A stretch of DNA of 64,000 bases from an uncultured delta proteobacterium (GTDB lineage: Bacteria > Desulfobacterota > Binatia > Bin18): the NCBI GenBank assembly GCA_963733195.1, contig CAVTCR010000073.1, forward strand, positions 190,840 to 254,839, given 5' to 3'. Shown here in pieces: positions 21,742 through 31,637 of the stretch. Position 1 is the stretch's first letter. Every line of letters starts with the position of its first letter. The notes beneath the pieces were generated by a model. It saw only the letters and a list, made by a program, of their open reading frames with translations. It was not told where the DNA came from and searched no databases. The position numbers were made by a program, and so were the translations under genes.

Positions 21742-22749
21742 TTATCCCTCTAGCGGCTTGCCGGCGAAGCGAAACAAGGCAACCATAAACCACTCATTTG
21801 CATCGAACCACAAGGCACGTCGCTGGAATCCACACAACGCAAGCTGTGTGCAAACCTCAGTCGGCGAAAACTTCCGCGAGATCTCGGTATGAATTGTTTC
21901 CTCCGTGCGAAAGGACACCTGGAGGTCGAGATCAGCAATCATCACTTCGTGTTTTTCCTCACTCTGCAGATGCATTTCGATTTGGTGCAGTGGCTGATTA
22001 TAAAAAGCCAGGTGAGAGAACCGGGAAAGGTCAAATTCCGCTGATAATTCACGATTCATCCGCTGGAGTAAATTCAAATTAAACGCAGCCGTTACTCCTG
22101 CCGCATCATTATAGGCAGACTCAAGAATAGTGACCGGCTTTCGCAGATCACAACCCAACAAGAAGAAATCTCCCGGCTGCAAGGTCTGAGTCAAGTGAGT
22201 AAAGAGGCGAGCTTGTTCTTCTGGGGAAAAGTTACCAAGATTGCTCCCCAAAAAAATCACCAAGCGAGGCGTATCATTCGGCAAGGCGGTGAGGCCATTG
22301 AAATAATCGGTTGCGAGTGCGTCAATAACAAGTCCTGGATACTCGTTCACCAAGGCGTTTGCTGTCACCTCCAGCATCGACGCACTAATGTCAATTGGCA
22401 CGTAATGCAACTGTAAGTGACGCCGCTGCCCTTCATCGAGGAGCAGACGGGTTTTGACCGAGCTACCGCTTCCCAATTCGACGATGGTACATTTTCCTAC
22501 TTCATCCCAAATATCTGTGACGTGCGCCCGCAAAATGCTTGCTTCGGTGCGTGTGAGATAATACTCGGGCTGTTGGCAAATCTGTTCAAACAGGAGGGAC
22601 CCACGGTGGTCGTAAAAATACTTCGGTGGAATCGCCTTTTGTGAGCGCTGCAGTCCCACCGCAACGTCTGCGCCGAAATGAGAATGAATCTCTACAGGTG
22701 TAGTGATGTGAAGGCGGCGGACTTCGGTGTGTTGTGTGTTCATTGTCAC
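21742..22749 (-). CDS. egtD: L-histidine N-alpha-methyltransferase
   Basis: PPKYFYD.RGS.LFE.I...PEYY.TRTE, ELGSGS, AYND..GVTAAFN.N, HTEISRKF. Confidence 0.95.
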   Translation of the reverse strand: MTMNTQHTEVRRLHITTPVEIHSHFGADVAVGLQRSQKAIPPKYFYDHRGSLLFEQICQQPEYYLTRTEASILRAHVTDIWDEVGKCTIVELGSGSSVKTRLLLDEGQRRHLQLHYVPIDISASMLEVTANALVNEYPGLVIDALATDYFNGLTALPNDTPRLVIFLGSNLGNFSPEEQARLFTHLTQTLQPGDFFLLGCDLRKPVTILESAYNDAAGVTAAFNLNLLQRMNRELSAEFDLSRFSHLAFYNQPLHQIEMHLQSEEKHEVMIADLDLQVSFRTEETIHTEISRKFSPTEVCTQLALCGFQRRALWFDANEWFMVALFRFAGKPLEG

Positions 22750-22819
22750 TTTGTGCTTCCTTTCCCTATAATAGCTACGACGAGAGAGAAGGATGAGGAG
22801 GGAGTTCCGTTTTCATGAG

Positions 22820-24034
22820 TCAATCTACATCTTTTGCGCAGCGGAACCCAGAAAATATAGCCCGCATCCCTGGATGATACCAATTACGAAACGTTGGACG
22901 TCGTACGTGTTCTCGTGTCACCCATGACCCCCCACGTAAGACGCGGTGGTGCTGGTCGAAGTACGGCACTGAATAACCCTCGTAGGGATGTGCACGAAAG
23001 CCCGGATAGGGGTGAAACCATGTTGTGGTCCACTCCCATGCGTGACCTACGCCACTCAGCCTGTCACTGACTGCTGCATACTCCCATTCTGTCTCGGTTG
23101 GCAGTCGCTTCCCGACCCAACGAGCATACGCATCAGCCTCATACCAACTTACACACCGTACCGGCTGCTCTAACGCCAACGGGTACGCCTGGGCAAAGTC
23201 TAGTTCAACCCAGTGTCCAACGGTGATCTCTCGCCAGTACAGCGGATGACGAATCGCCTGCTGTTGGCACCATTGCCAGCCGTCCGCACTCCAGCATGAT
23301 GGATCTTCATATCCCCCCCTCTCGATGAAACGAAGAAATTCACCGTTAGTGACCGGCCAGCGATCGATACTGAACGCCGGCACTCTCACTTCATGTCGAG
23401 GGTGTTCATTATCCAATGTCTCTCCGATATCGTCGCTGCCCATGAAGGTAATTCCTTCGGACAAGCGACTCATCTCCCTTGAAGATTGAATCCCCACAAT
23501 TCGACAAGCGGCCGGAGAATATTGCTGACGGATGTGTTCGCCCCACATCGTATCATCAGCGAAGCGACGGGCAGACTCGTAATGGGCTGCGCCAAGGAGT
23601 TGAAGGATCACCAGCATCGTTTCAAGATGTTGCTCTTCGTGCTGCAAAAGCATAGAGAAGATATTGCCGTCGCGCAGCAATGGATGTTCGGTGTGAAAAG
23701 TGGTTTGCGCTAGAAACCGCAAAGTTTGTTCCCGTACAGTGTTCAGATACGTCAGCAGCTCTTCCCGCGCGGGCAGCTGACTTCGTTCCGCCTTCGGATT
23801 CTCTGTTGGCGTAAAAAAGAAGTCGTAGGCAGGAGACAGCGAGGGTTGCCGTTGACACTGTTGGCGGACCCAGAACGACTCGACGACGCCGATATGCCCA
23901 AGATGCCAGCCGAGCGGACTAAAATCGGAGTGCATTTGCCGGCGAAAGTCATGGTCATCGACGACAGCAATGAGATGCAGGGTGTGGGTTCGCGCCTCTT
24001 CCAACGCGTGTGTGTATTCCATCGGAGTCCGCAT
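22820..24034 (-). CDS. egtB: Ergothioneine sulfoxide synthase EgtB (DinB_2 plus FGE-sulfatase domains)
   Basis: FSPLGWHLGH and QHEEQH metal-binding motifs, RLPTE.EWE, GYSVPYF, FRNWYHP; start at 24034 or 24022 rather than 24307. Confidence 0.88.
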   Translation of the reverse strand: MRTPMEYTHALEEARTHTLHLIAVVDDHDFRRQMHSDFSPLGWHLGHIGVVESFWVRQQCQRQPSLSPAYDFFFTPTENPKAERSQLPAREELLTYLNTVREQTLRFLAQTTFHTEHPLLRDGNIFSMLLQHEEQHLETMLVILQLLGAAHYESARRFADDTMWGEHIRQQYSPAACRIVGIQSSREMSRLSEGITFMGSDDIGETLDNEHPRHEVRVPAFSIDRWPVTNGEFLRFIERGGYEDPSCWSADGWQWCQQQAIRHPLYWREITVGHWVELDFAQAYPLALEQPVRCVSWYEADAYARWVGKRLPTETEWEYAAVSDRLSGVGHAWEWTTTWFHPYPGFRAHPYEGYSVPYFDQHHRVLRGGSWVTREHVRRPTFRNWYHPGMRAIFSGFRCAKDVD

Positions 24035-24045
24035 GTCGTTTCTGC

Positions 24046-24852
24046 TCACGATACGGTTAACGGTGCCATCTGCATGTGCAAATCGGCAGTGAACGCCACG
24101 ATGCAGTTCTCCGGCACCGCACTCCACTGCACATGCTGAGACAATCGTTCCGATGCAACCACTGCCGCGTCGGGAAACATTGCCGAGCGCTGTTGATAGT
24201 AAAGAGAGGGGGCAGGAACAGACGACGAGAAACGCGAGACGATAAGACATTCGCCATTTGTCACTGCCAGGTTCAGTGCGACGTGTAACCGTTGAGGCTC
24301 TGTCCACGCGTTTAATTGTTGAATGGTCGCGCGAAGCGCATCACTCATGGTTTGGGTTGTGACTGGTTGTGCATGCAAAAAATTGAGAAACAAGGCAAAG
24401 ATATGCTCTGAGTCAGTGACTCCCCCAATGGCACTGTAGTACTCGTCGTGCAAAGCCTCACGGATACGGCGCATGACGGTTACACGGAAATTTTCAATAT
24501 AACCGTTATGCATGAAGAGAAAGCGCTGATAGACAAACGGCTGACAGTTACTTTGGTCAACCGCAAGGCCGGGCGTGGCGCTACGTACATTGGCAAAAAT
24601 ACAATCTGACGCAATGTGTTTGCTGAGTCCGGGCAGGTTCCGGTCGCTCCAGATGGGGGTGATATTGGTGTAGACACAAGGTGTCGGATCGAGCACACGA
24701 TTGTACCAGCCCACGCCAAAGCCATCGGCATTGACCACCCCAGAGGTCATTTCTATGGGGCGATAGCTCTGCACGACCAAGGAGTGCTCAGGCTCGCTCA
24801 CCACACGCGCCAGGGGAATAGCCTGGCCAAGATACGCAACAAATCGGCACAT
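24046..24852 (-). CDS. egtC: Class II glutamine amidotransferase, EgtC
   Basis: MCRFVAYLG N-terminal nucleophile, HSL..QSY.P.EM..G.VNADGFGVGWY, VRSAT, TDSEH. Confidence 0.92.
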   Translation of the reverse strand: MCRFVAYLGQAIPLARVVSEPEHSLVVQSYRPIEMTSGVVNADGFGVGWYNRVLDPTPCVYTNITPIWSDRNLPGLSKHIASDCIFANVRSATPGLAVDQSNCQPFVYQRFLFMHNGYIENFRVTVMRRIREALHDEYYSAIGGVTDSEHIFALFLNFLHAQPVTTQTMSDALRATIQQLNAWTEPQRLHVALNLAVTNGECLIVSRFSSSVPAPSLYYQQRSAMFPDAAVVASERLSQHVQWSAVPENCIVAFTADLHMQMAPLTVS

Positions 24853-24856
24853 CACA

Positions 24857-26062
24857 TCACCACGGTGAACAGTCAGGCCGTTTCAACAGCAAGCGACGGA
24901 GCCGTTCCGCTTCGGCGTGAATCTCTTCATAACTGCGGCCAAAGAGGTCGATTTGGGCCAGCACGGTCCCGAACTCACTGACCTGTTTGACTCGGTCGCC
25001 AGGCGACACATACAGTGACAATTGAGGTATTGTACGTACCTGCTCAAAGTCAAAAAGATGCTCGGCCCAATCTTCGCCAAAGGTAATAAAGTTGAATTGC
25101 CCACCGACAACTCCAGTAGCTGTCGAAGGTAAGACGAGCTGACGGCCACAGGCAAGCGCGAGACCAGCTTTGTACACACAAGACTCCAAACAGCGGCGAT
25201 ACAGGTTGTAAAAACAGGTAGCAGCACGTCCGTTAATTTCGGTCAACGTCACCGTGTCCCGATGACACCAGAATTCTATGTTGAAAAATCCGCTATTCAA
25301 CCCCACGTTACTAATGGCCTCCATCGCTCGTTTCGCTAAGAGCGCCTGGGTCTGCGGTGGATGCTGCGACGGCAGCGAGAAATTATCGATCACACGCGAG
25401 CCAGCGTAGGTATTAGTATCGGTAATCGCCCAGATATACGGCTTGTTATCACTCACCCACCCTTCGACGGTCACTTGTGGTCCATCGACGAATTCCTCCA
25501 CTAACATGATGTCACGTGCGGCGAGCGGATACTTCTGGGTATCAATGTACCGACGAAAGAACGGAAAGTAGAGCGGTGACCAGGCACCATACTCTCGTCG
25601 GGCAATGGTTAATGCCCGCTGCAGATCATCGGGAGATTCGAGCTTGAATCCCAGGATGCCGAGATTCAGCCACGGTGGTTTGATGTAGCAAGGGTAGGCG
25701 GGAACAGCAGGATTCTCGGCATGGAGATCGATAGCAGTGCAACGAACCGGTGACGACTCGGTCAGGCGTGAATAGTATTTATGCAAGCAAAGAAACACCG
25801 ACTCTACACTCGGACCACGGAAGCCAAACTCTTCACACAGAACCGCGGCGACAATATCGGCGACATCGCGCGAGTAAAAAACCGCGTCAATATGATGCGT
25901 ACGGACATATTCACGACACTGGTCAACATAGGCCAGCAGATCGAGTTCTGGGGAAGGTGTTCGCGGGTTGAGCTTGGCGTCGAGCAGATGAAAACGGTAT
26001 CCTTCGATGGCTGCTAACGCGTTGCGGTCTCGCTGTGATGGACAGGTCACTAACACATCCAT
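24857..26062 (-). CDS. ATP-grasp domain ligase
   Basis: YPCYIKP, MLVEEFVDG.QVTVEG, FFNIEF, EINGR; stop lies 4 nt from the egtC start. Confidence 0.85.
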   Translation of the reverse strand: MDVLVTCPSQRDRNALAAIEGYRFHLLDAKLNPRTPSPELDLLAYVDQCREYVRTHHIDAVFYSRDVADIVAAVLCEEFGFRGPSVESVFLCLHKYYSRLTESSPVRCTAIDLHAENPAVPAYPCYIKPPWLNLGILGFKLESPDDLQRALTIARREYGAWSPLYFPFFRRYIDTQKYPLAARDIMLVEEFVDGPQVTVEGWVSDNKPYIWAITDTNTYAGSRVIDNFSLPSQHPPQTQALLAKRAMEAISNVGLNSGFFNIEFWCHRDTVTLTEINGRAATCFYNLYRRCLESCVYKAGLALACGRQLVLPSTATGVVGGQFNFITFGEDWAEHLFDFEQVRTIPQLSLYVSPGDRVKQVSEFGTVLAQIDLFGRSYEEIHAEAERLRRLLLKRPDCSPW

Positions 26063-26159
26063 AGCATTCTCTTTCTTCATTCCCTTTTGCCTTTCCGCCT
26101 CCTACACGGTATACCCACGTATAGCAATTACCTTAACTCGTCCGGAGAAGGAGGACATT

Positions 26160-26735
26160 ATGCTTCTGTATCTCGATACCAAACGCGCACCGAATCCCCG
26201 CAAGATGCGAGTATACCTCGCTGAGAAAGGCCTCCAGCTTCCCATCAAGGAACTTGATCTGCGTGCTGGGGAGCAGCGGACTCCCGAGTTTCGCCACAAG
26301 AATCCCTTCGCTGGCGTGCCAATCTTGGAATTAGACGACGGCACGGTGATCGCCGAATCACTCGCTATCATTGAATACTTGGAAGAGCTGTACCCAGAAC
26401 CCCCATTACTGGGACACACACCGGTACAACGTGCCCTCGTTCGCATGTGGGACCGACGCTGTGAGATTGGGGTTTACCTTGCGGCGTCGCGCATGGTCTT
26501 GTCGCAAGGGGAAGTCTCAGCGCAAGCGCGGCAGACACTCTTGGCACGGCTCGCGTTGATCAATAATGGACTTCAGGGCAAGGAATGGCTCGTTGGTCCG
26601 CTCTCCCTGGCGGATATCACGCTATTCATCGGCCTTGAAACCGCCCATCACGGTGAGTTTACACTCGATCCAGCCTGGACCAATCTCCAGCGCTGGTATG
26701 CCGCTATGAAAGCACGTCCGAGTGCGTCAGCATAA
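26160..26735 (+). CDS. Glutathione S-transferase family protein
   Basis: APNPRK.R.YL.EKG, NP...VP.LELDDG..IAESLAI.EYL, SLADI; AGGAGG SD before ATG 26160. Confidence 0.93.
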   Translation: MLLYLDTKRAPNPRKMRVYLAEKGLQLPIKELDLRAGEQRTPEFRHKNPFAGVPILELDDGTVIAESLAIIEYLEELYPEPPLLGHTPVQRALVRMWDRRCEIGVYLAASRMVLSQGEVSAQARQTLLARLALINNGLQGKEWLVGPLSLADITLFIGLETAHHGEFTLDPAWTNLQRWYAAMKARPSASA

Positions 26736-28005
26736 CGCTCTGCACGCGCGTTCGTTGCTTTCGTTCATGTTCTCTTTGCTTTCGACATCGCTTCCGGTGG
26801 GGCAACCTGACGTTCGACGACTTGCGTCGTTCTTCGGTGTTGCCTATTTCATCCAGGGTTTCGCCGATCTGTCTTCTGGTCTCACCCGTCAACCAGTGCA
26901 GTATCTGTTGAAAGAGCAACTCCAGCTCTCGGCTGTTGACTCAGGAGCCTTTTGGGCAATCGTCGGGCTTGGGTGGACGCTGAAACCCCTCTACGGCTTT
27001 CTCTCTGATAGTGTTCCTTTCGCTGGCTATCGTCGTAAAAGTTACCTCGTACTGATGGCGCTGGTCGGTACCTTCGGCTGGCTAATGCTTGCGCGTTTTT
27101 CTTCTTCATACACAACTTTATTGTGTGTTCTCACCCTGTGTGCAGCGTCCTTGGCGTTTACTGATGTCATAACCGACGCTTTGATGGTGGAAACTGGCCG
27201 CCCACTACGGCTCACCGGTAGTTTTCAGGCGATTCAATGGGCCTCGTTGAGTTTCGCACTGATTCTAGCGCAATTTCTCGGTGGGTATCTGGCCGCGTAC
27301 GTGTCAGTGCAAAATGTGTTCTTGCTCACTGCTGGTTTTCCTCTCGCCCTTATAATTGTTACCTTCAGTCTGGTACATGAGCCGCCAGTTGCCAGCTCGC
27401 AAGTTACTTTTACTGATACGCTTTCCACCCTTCGTCATGCGACCCATACACGTATGCTCTGGACCAGCGTTGCGTTTCTCTTTCTGTGGAACTTCAGCCC
27501 ATCGTTTGGTACTCCGTTGTTGTACTATGAAACCGATGTGCTCAAGTTTTCCAAAGTCTTTATTGGTACTCTGGGAGCAATTACACAGGTGGGAAGTGTC
27601 ATTGGTGCTCTCCTTTTTTTGCTTTGTAGTCGTGCACTCCCGCTCCGTAAGTTACTGACCGTTGCTGTTGCACTTGGAGTGCTATCCACTCTCAGCTTCT
27701 TAGGCTTAGTTGGGCCACGTTCTGCAGTCGCTCTGTTTTTTTTCTCCGGCCTAATTAACCAGATCACGCACCTAGCAGTGCTGGACCTCGCCGCCCGTAC
27801 GTGTCCAGTGCGCGCAGCAGGCACGGTGTTTGCGCTGCTAATGTCGACTCTGAATCTCGGGGCAAGTAGCGGCGGTGTCTTCGGCGGTTGGCTTTATGAG
27901 TCCGCAGGCTTCCCTCCGCTGATACTCATCAGCGCGCTGGGAACCGCACTGTGTTGGTTGATCGTTCCATTCGTGCGCGAGCCGCATAATGAGTTGCAGG
28001 GATAG
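26722..28005 (+). CDS. MFS transporter, folate-biopterin (BT1)-like
   Basis: W.LKPLYGFLSD.VP..GYRRKSY, DV.TDALMVE; start may be ATG 26767. Confidence 0.85.
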   Translation: MRQHNALHARSLLSFMFSLLSTSLPVGQPDVRRLASFFGVAYFIQGFADLSSGLTRQPVQYLLKEQLQLSAVDSGAFWAIVGLGWTLKPLYGFLSDSVPFAGYRRKSYLVLMALVGTFGWLMLARFSSSYTTLLCVLTLCAASLAFTDVITDALMVETGRPLRLTGSFQAIQWASLSFALILAQFLGGYLAAYVSVQNVFLLTAGFPLALIIVTFSLVHEPPVASSQVTFTDTLSTLRHATHTRMLWTSVAFLFLWNFSPSFGTPLLYYETDVLKFSKVFIGTLGAITQVGSVIGALLFLLCSRALPLRKLLTVAVALGVLSTLSFLGLVGPRSAVALFFFSGLINQITHLAVLDLAARTCPVRAAGTVFALLMSTLNLGASSGGVFGGWLYESAGFPPLILISALGTALCWLIVPFVREPHNELQG

Positions 28006-28073
28006 AAGCGTCTCACTCAAGCTAAGCCAGAAAGCATGACATTCGTACACTTGACAATGCAACTCCCCAGCCA

Positions 28074-28175
28074 TGTCATTCTGAGCCCTTCGACTTCGCT
28101 CAGGATGAGCTCCGCGAAGAATCGCCCTGAGAAACCCTTCACCTCGTTCAGGGGAACGACTCTAGTGTACCGATC
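28074..28175 (+). repeat. TGTCATTCTGAGC...CTAGTGTACCGATC hairpin repeat, copy 1
   Basis: Shares both ends with the copy at 50786-50863. Confidence 0.7.
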
Positions 28176-28482
28176 TCTTGAAGTCTGATTTAGGAGGTCA
28201 TCTAGTGTACTGCAGGTGGTTTGTTGTCGGAGGCATGCAATGTTTCCTGAGTGACCTGCTGACAGAGATGTAGTGCGGACTGATATCGGGATATACCGCC
28301 AGTGAGATGTATCACGATATCCCGCGGGCTGATATTTAGATATACCGCTAAATTGGCAGTGTTTCCTGTTGAGAAAAGGCTTGACACAATGGGTGAAACG
28401 AGAGGATATTGCGAGAGGTTTTCTGGGGAGAGGGAGACTTTCAATATCGGGATATACTGCTGGTGAGGTGGCAGTAAACTCA

Positions 28483-28670
28483 CTAATTACTCAAAGTTGA
28501 CAGGATGACCAACTGTGATTCTCTCGAAAGGCCGTTTTTTGCTGTCTAGACGGCCAACAGAGAACCGAAAACAGCGGTTACCGTATTGGGCTGATCTATC
28601 TTGTAAGCCTTTGAAAACAAATGAGAAACACACCGTCAATCGTCCCAACCTGTCAACTTTGAGTAATTAG
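28483..28670. mobile_element. MITE-like element (188 bp) with perfect 22-bp terminal inverted repeats
   Basis: CTAATTACTCAAAGTTGACAGG at 28483-28504 and its exact reverse complement at 28649-28670; no ORF inside. Confidence 0.8.
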
Positions 28671-28802
28671 ACACTCAAACAAAAAGTGCAGAGTCCTTTG
28701 GTCACCTTATCAAATCTGTTTTGACAAGAATCAGCCCAGTGTGAGAAGGATTGACCAAAAACAAAAACCCTCTCGGACAGTAATCAATCGAAGAGCGTCA
28801 AG

Positions 28803-30005
28803 ATGGCAGACAGAGAAGAATACGCGTTGTGGTTGAAGGTATTAACAACACTCAATGAGTCTCAGGCTCGGTGGTATGTAGCGCAAAAAGCAATTGAGTG
28901 GGGCTGGGGAGGAATTCGAAAAGCACAAGCGCTGACTGGAATGTCCCACAAGACGATTATGAGAGGAATGCAAGAATTAAAACGTTCGGAGAGCTTAGGC
29001 GATCCTGGACGGGTGCGTCTGCCAGGAGGTGGCCGCAAAATGGTGGAGGACAAGTTTCCAGGGATGGAGGCGGCTTTGGAACAGATGCTTGCCCATGAGA
29101 TAGCGGGAGACCCGATGACCCACCAAAGATGGGTACGAAGCAGTTTGCGGCAACTGAGTGGAAAGCTAAAAGAAGCAGGTTATCAAGCAAGTACAATGAC
29201 CGTGGGTCGACTGCTTAGGAAGCAGGGATTTTCCTTGAAGAAGAATAAGCGGAAGGAGTTTAGGCCAGAGTGCTCGGTGCGAGATGAGCAGTTTCAATAT
29301 ATCGCGTCGCAGCGACAAGCTTTTAGTGCCGCAGAGCTACCGATTGTGAGTGTTGATACGAAGAAGAAAGAACTAATCGGGAATTTTATGCGCGATGGCA
29401 AAACGTGGTGTAAGGAAGCTGTGGAAGTCCACGCGCACGATTTCCCGAGTTTGGCAGCCTGTCGAGCCGTTCCTTATGGCGTCTATGACGTGACAAGGAA
29501 CGCGGGCTATGTATTTGTTGGTACCTCAGCAGACACGCCAGAGTTTGCAGTTGATGCTCTTGTCCGCTGGTGGAAGGACTATGGCTGTGTAGCCTACCCA
29601 GGAGCAGCGCAGTTGCTCATTCTCGCTGATGGTGGAGGTTGCAATGGGTATCGCTCGCGAGCCTGGAAACATCAACTTCAGGAAAAAGTCAGCGACCAAT
29701 TGGGACTCACAGTAACCGTGTGTCATTATCCACCGGGATGCTCAAAGTGGAATCCTATCGAGCACCGATTGTTCAGCTACATCAGTCTTAATTGGGCAGG
29801 CAGACCGTTGAGAACCTTGGAAATCATGCTCGGGTATATACGAGGAACAACCACGGCAACGGGTCTGAGCGTCAAGGCTTTTTTACAGAGAGGATCTTAC
29901 AAAAAGGGACAGAAAGTGACAGCAGAGAGTATGAACCGTCTTTCTCTTCGCGCTCACGCGACATGTCCCGATTGGAATTACACAATCAATCCTCGCAATG
30001 ACTGA
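28803..30005 (+). mobile_element. ISAzo13-family (Rhodopirellula-type DDE) transposase
   Basis: R.PGGGRK, GDP...RW, SVDTKKKELIGNF, PYGVYD, ADGGG.NG, HYPPG.SKWNPIEHRLFS; element ends not identified. Confidence 0.93.
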
Positions 30006-30068
30006 AGCGCTTTGGGAAAAGGATAGGACAGAAGAAAGATCAATTGAGAGGAGGTCCCGGAGTGAAGC

Positions 30069-30166
30069 GTCTAACCTTACGTTCCACCGCATCGCTGCCC
30101 GGTTGCGTTTCTGAATGAAGCCGAACAGTCGTGTCTTGGCGGCTCGCGTGAGTACGGACGTTAAGT
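30069..30166 (+). other. Degenerate integron attC-like site
   Basis: GTCTAAC (RYYYAAC) to GTTAAGT (GTTRRRY), 98 bp, with imperfect internal inverted symmetry; an ATG follows 11 nt later. Confidence 0.55.
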
Positions 30167-30177
30167 CTTGTGGAATC

Positions 30178-30621
30178 ATGTGCTACGAAGTGTACATATC
30201 TACTGATAGCTGGGAAGACTTGACCACTCGGAATTCTGAACTCTTACGGTTTAAGAGAGTAGCCGATCCCAGCACCGACCCCGCCATTCTTCTCCTCGAT
30301 TTCCCGAACCGCTGGTATGTAGGTTCGAAATCTGAATGTAGTTGCACTTTCCGACACCTTTACTCTATTGAACTGGGGTTCGGAGAGCCCGTGGACTGGT
30401 ATCCAGAAGAACAAGATGAACTTAATGCCACACGTGAACTCTACACAACCCTAACGTCTCTCCTGTCAGCCGGATACCATGTCGATCTGCTGGACCAGTG
30501 GCATGGTTCACAAGCTGAGGCCATCACGACGCTTGATGTATCACTGAGTGAGGTTTCAGAACAGGCCTTTCGGCTGTTCGAGAATCATAAATTCAGATTG
30601 AATCTCGGGCGCAACCCTTGA
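30178..30621 (+). CDS. Hypothetical protein, gene-cassette-like (MCY..., CSCxFRH motif)
   Basis: ATG immediately downstream of the attC-like GTT site. Confidence 0.65.
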   Translation: MCYEVYISTDSWEDLTTRNSELLRFKRVADPSTDPAILLLDFPNRWYVGSKSECSCTFRHLYSIELGFGEPVDWYPEEQDELNATRELYTTLTSLLSAGYHVDLLDQWHGSQAEAITTLDVSLSEVSEQAFRLFENHKFRLNLGRNP

Positions 30622-30688
30622 CGACCGACCTCTAGACAGAGTAAGCCCTGCGAGCAAGTATTGATCTTACTGACGGAGGGGAACTCGC

Positions 30689-31606
30689 ATGAAACTCTAT
30701 CGTTCAATTTTATTCGTTCCTGGCAATCGTGCTGAGTGGATCGATAAAGCGCCTAAATACGGTCCCGATGCGCTGATCATCGACCTGGAAGATGCAGTGC
30801 CGATTGCCGAAAAAGCCGAGGCCCGCCCGATTGTTCGGGCTGGTATCGAACGCTCGCATAAGCGCGGTATGCCGATCGTCGTGCGTGTCAACGGTGTCGA
30901 TACTGGTCTGACCGGTGAAGACATCGAAGCCGTCGTGGTTCCGGGGCTTGTTGCGGTTGCCGTGCCCAAACTGGAAAAAGTCGAAGAGATTCTTAAAGTC
31001 GATGCCTGGATTGAGCTCTTCGAACGGAAGGCTGGATTGCCGATTGGTTCGGTTGAAATCGTTGCCATCCCCGAGACCGCCAAAGGCATCATGAATGCGT
31101 ATGAGCTGGTCAGTGCGTGTAAACGCATGGGCAATATCGTCGGTGGGGTCGGTGCACGCTCTGGTGATGTGACCAAAGCGATCGGTTATCGCTGGACACG
31201 GAGTGGTTTCGAGACATTCTATCTCGCATCACACGTTCTTCTTGGTGCCCGAGCGGCTGGCATTGAGTATCCGCTAGCAGCAGGATCACTTGAAGTGAGT
31301 GATACTGAACTGGTGCGTTCGCAACTGCAACGGGTGCGTGAAATTGGTTATCGCGGTTCATTGCTGATCCATCCCTCCGCCGTGCCGATTGCTAACGAAA
31401 TCTTCGCCCCGTCCAAAGAAGAGATCGAGTGGAATAAAGGCGTGCTGAGAGCGATGGACGGAGCCGAGCGTGCTGGCAAGGCCGCGGTGACTTACGATGG
31501 TATGATGATCGATTACGCGCATGTCAGAAACGCGCTTGATCTGCTGCACCAAGCCGAATCATTCGGGCTTGAAGTGGGTGAGTATCCAAATGTGAAAGCG
31601 TTGTGA
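30689..31606 (+). CDS. CitE/HpcH-family CoA ester lyase
   Basis: RSILFVPG, DLEDAV, VRVN, ETAKG, IHPS, GMMID. Confidence 0.93.
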   Translation: MKLYRSILFVPGNRAEWIDKAPKYGPDALIIDLEDAVPIAEKAEARPIVRAGIERSHKRGMPIVVRVNGVDTGLTGEDIEAVVVPGLVAVAVPKLEKVEEILKVDAWIELFERKAGLPIGSVEIVAIPETAKGIMNAYELVSACKRMGNIVGGVGARSGDVTKAIGYRWTRSGFETFYLASHVLLGARAAGIEYPLAAGSLEVSDTELVRSQLQRVREIGYRGSLLIHPSAVPIANEIFAPSKEEIEWNKGVLRAMDGAERAGKAAVTYDGMMIDYAHVRNALDLLHQAESFGLEVGEYPNVKAL

Positions 31607-31637
31607 GGTAGGAGACGTGTTGCGTGATGCGTAACGC

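Noticed and set aside
22820-24034. Selenoneine synthase SenA
   Set aside because: No senB or senC/selD nearby, and the adjacent egtC favours gamma-Glu-Cys-type EgtB.
24035-24307. N-terminal extension of EgtB given by the ORF track
   Set aside because: Overlaps egtC; family similarity begins near 24034/24022.
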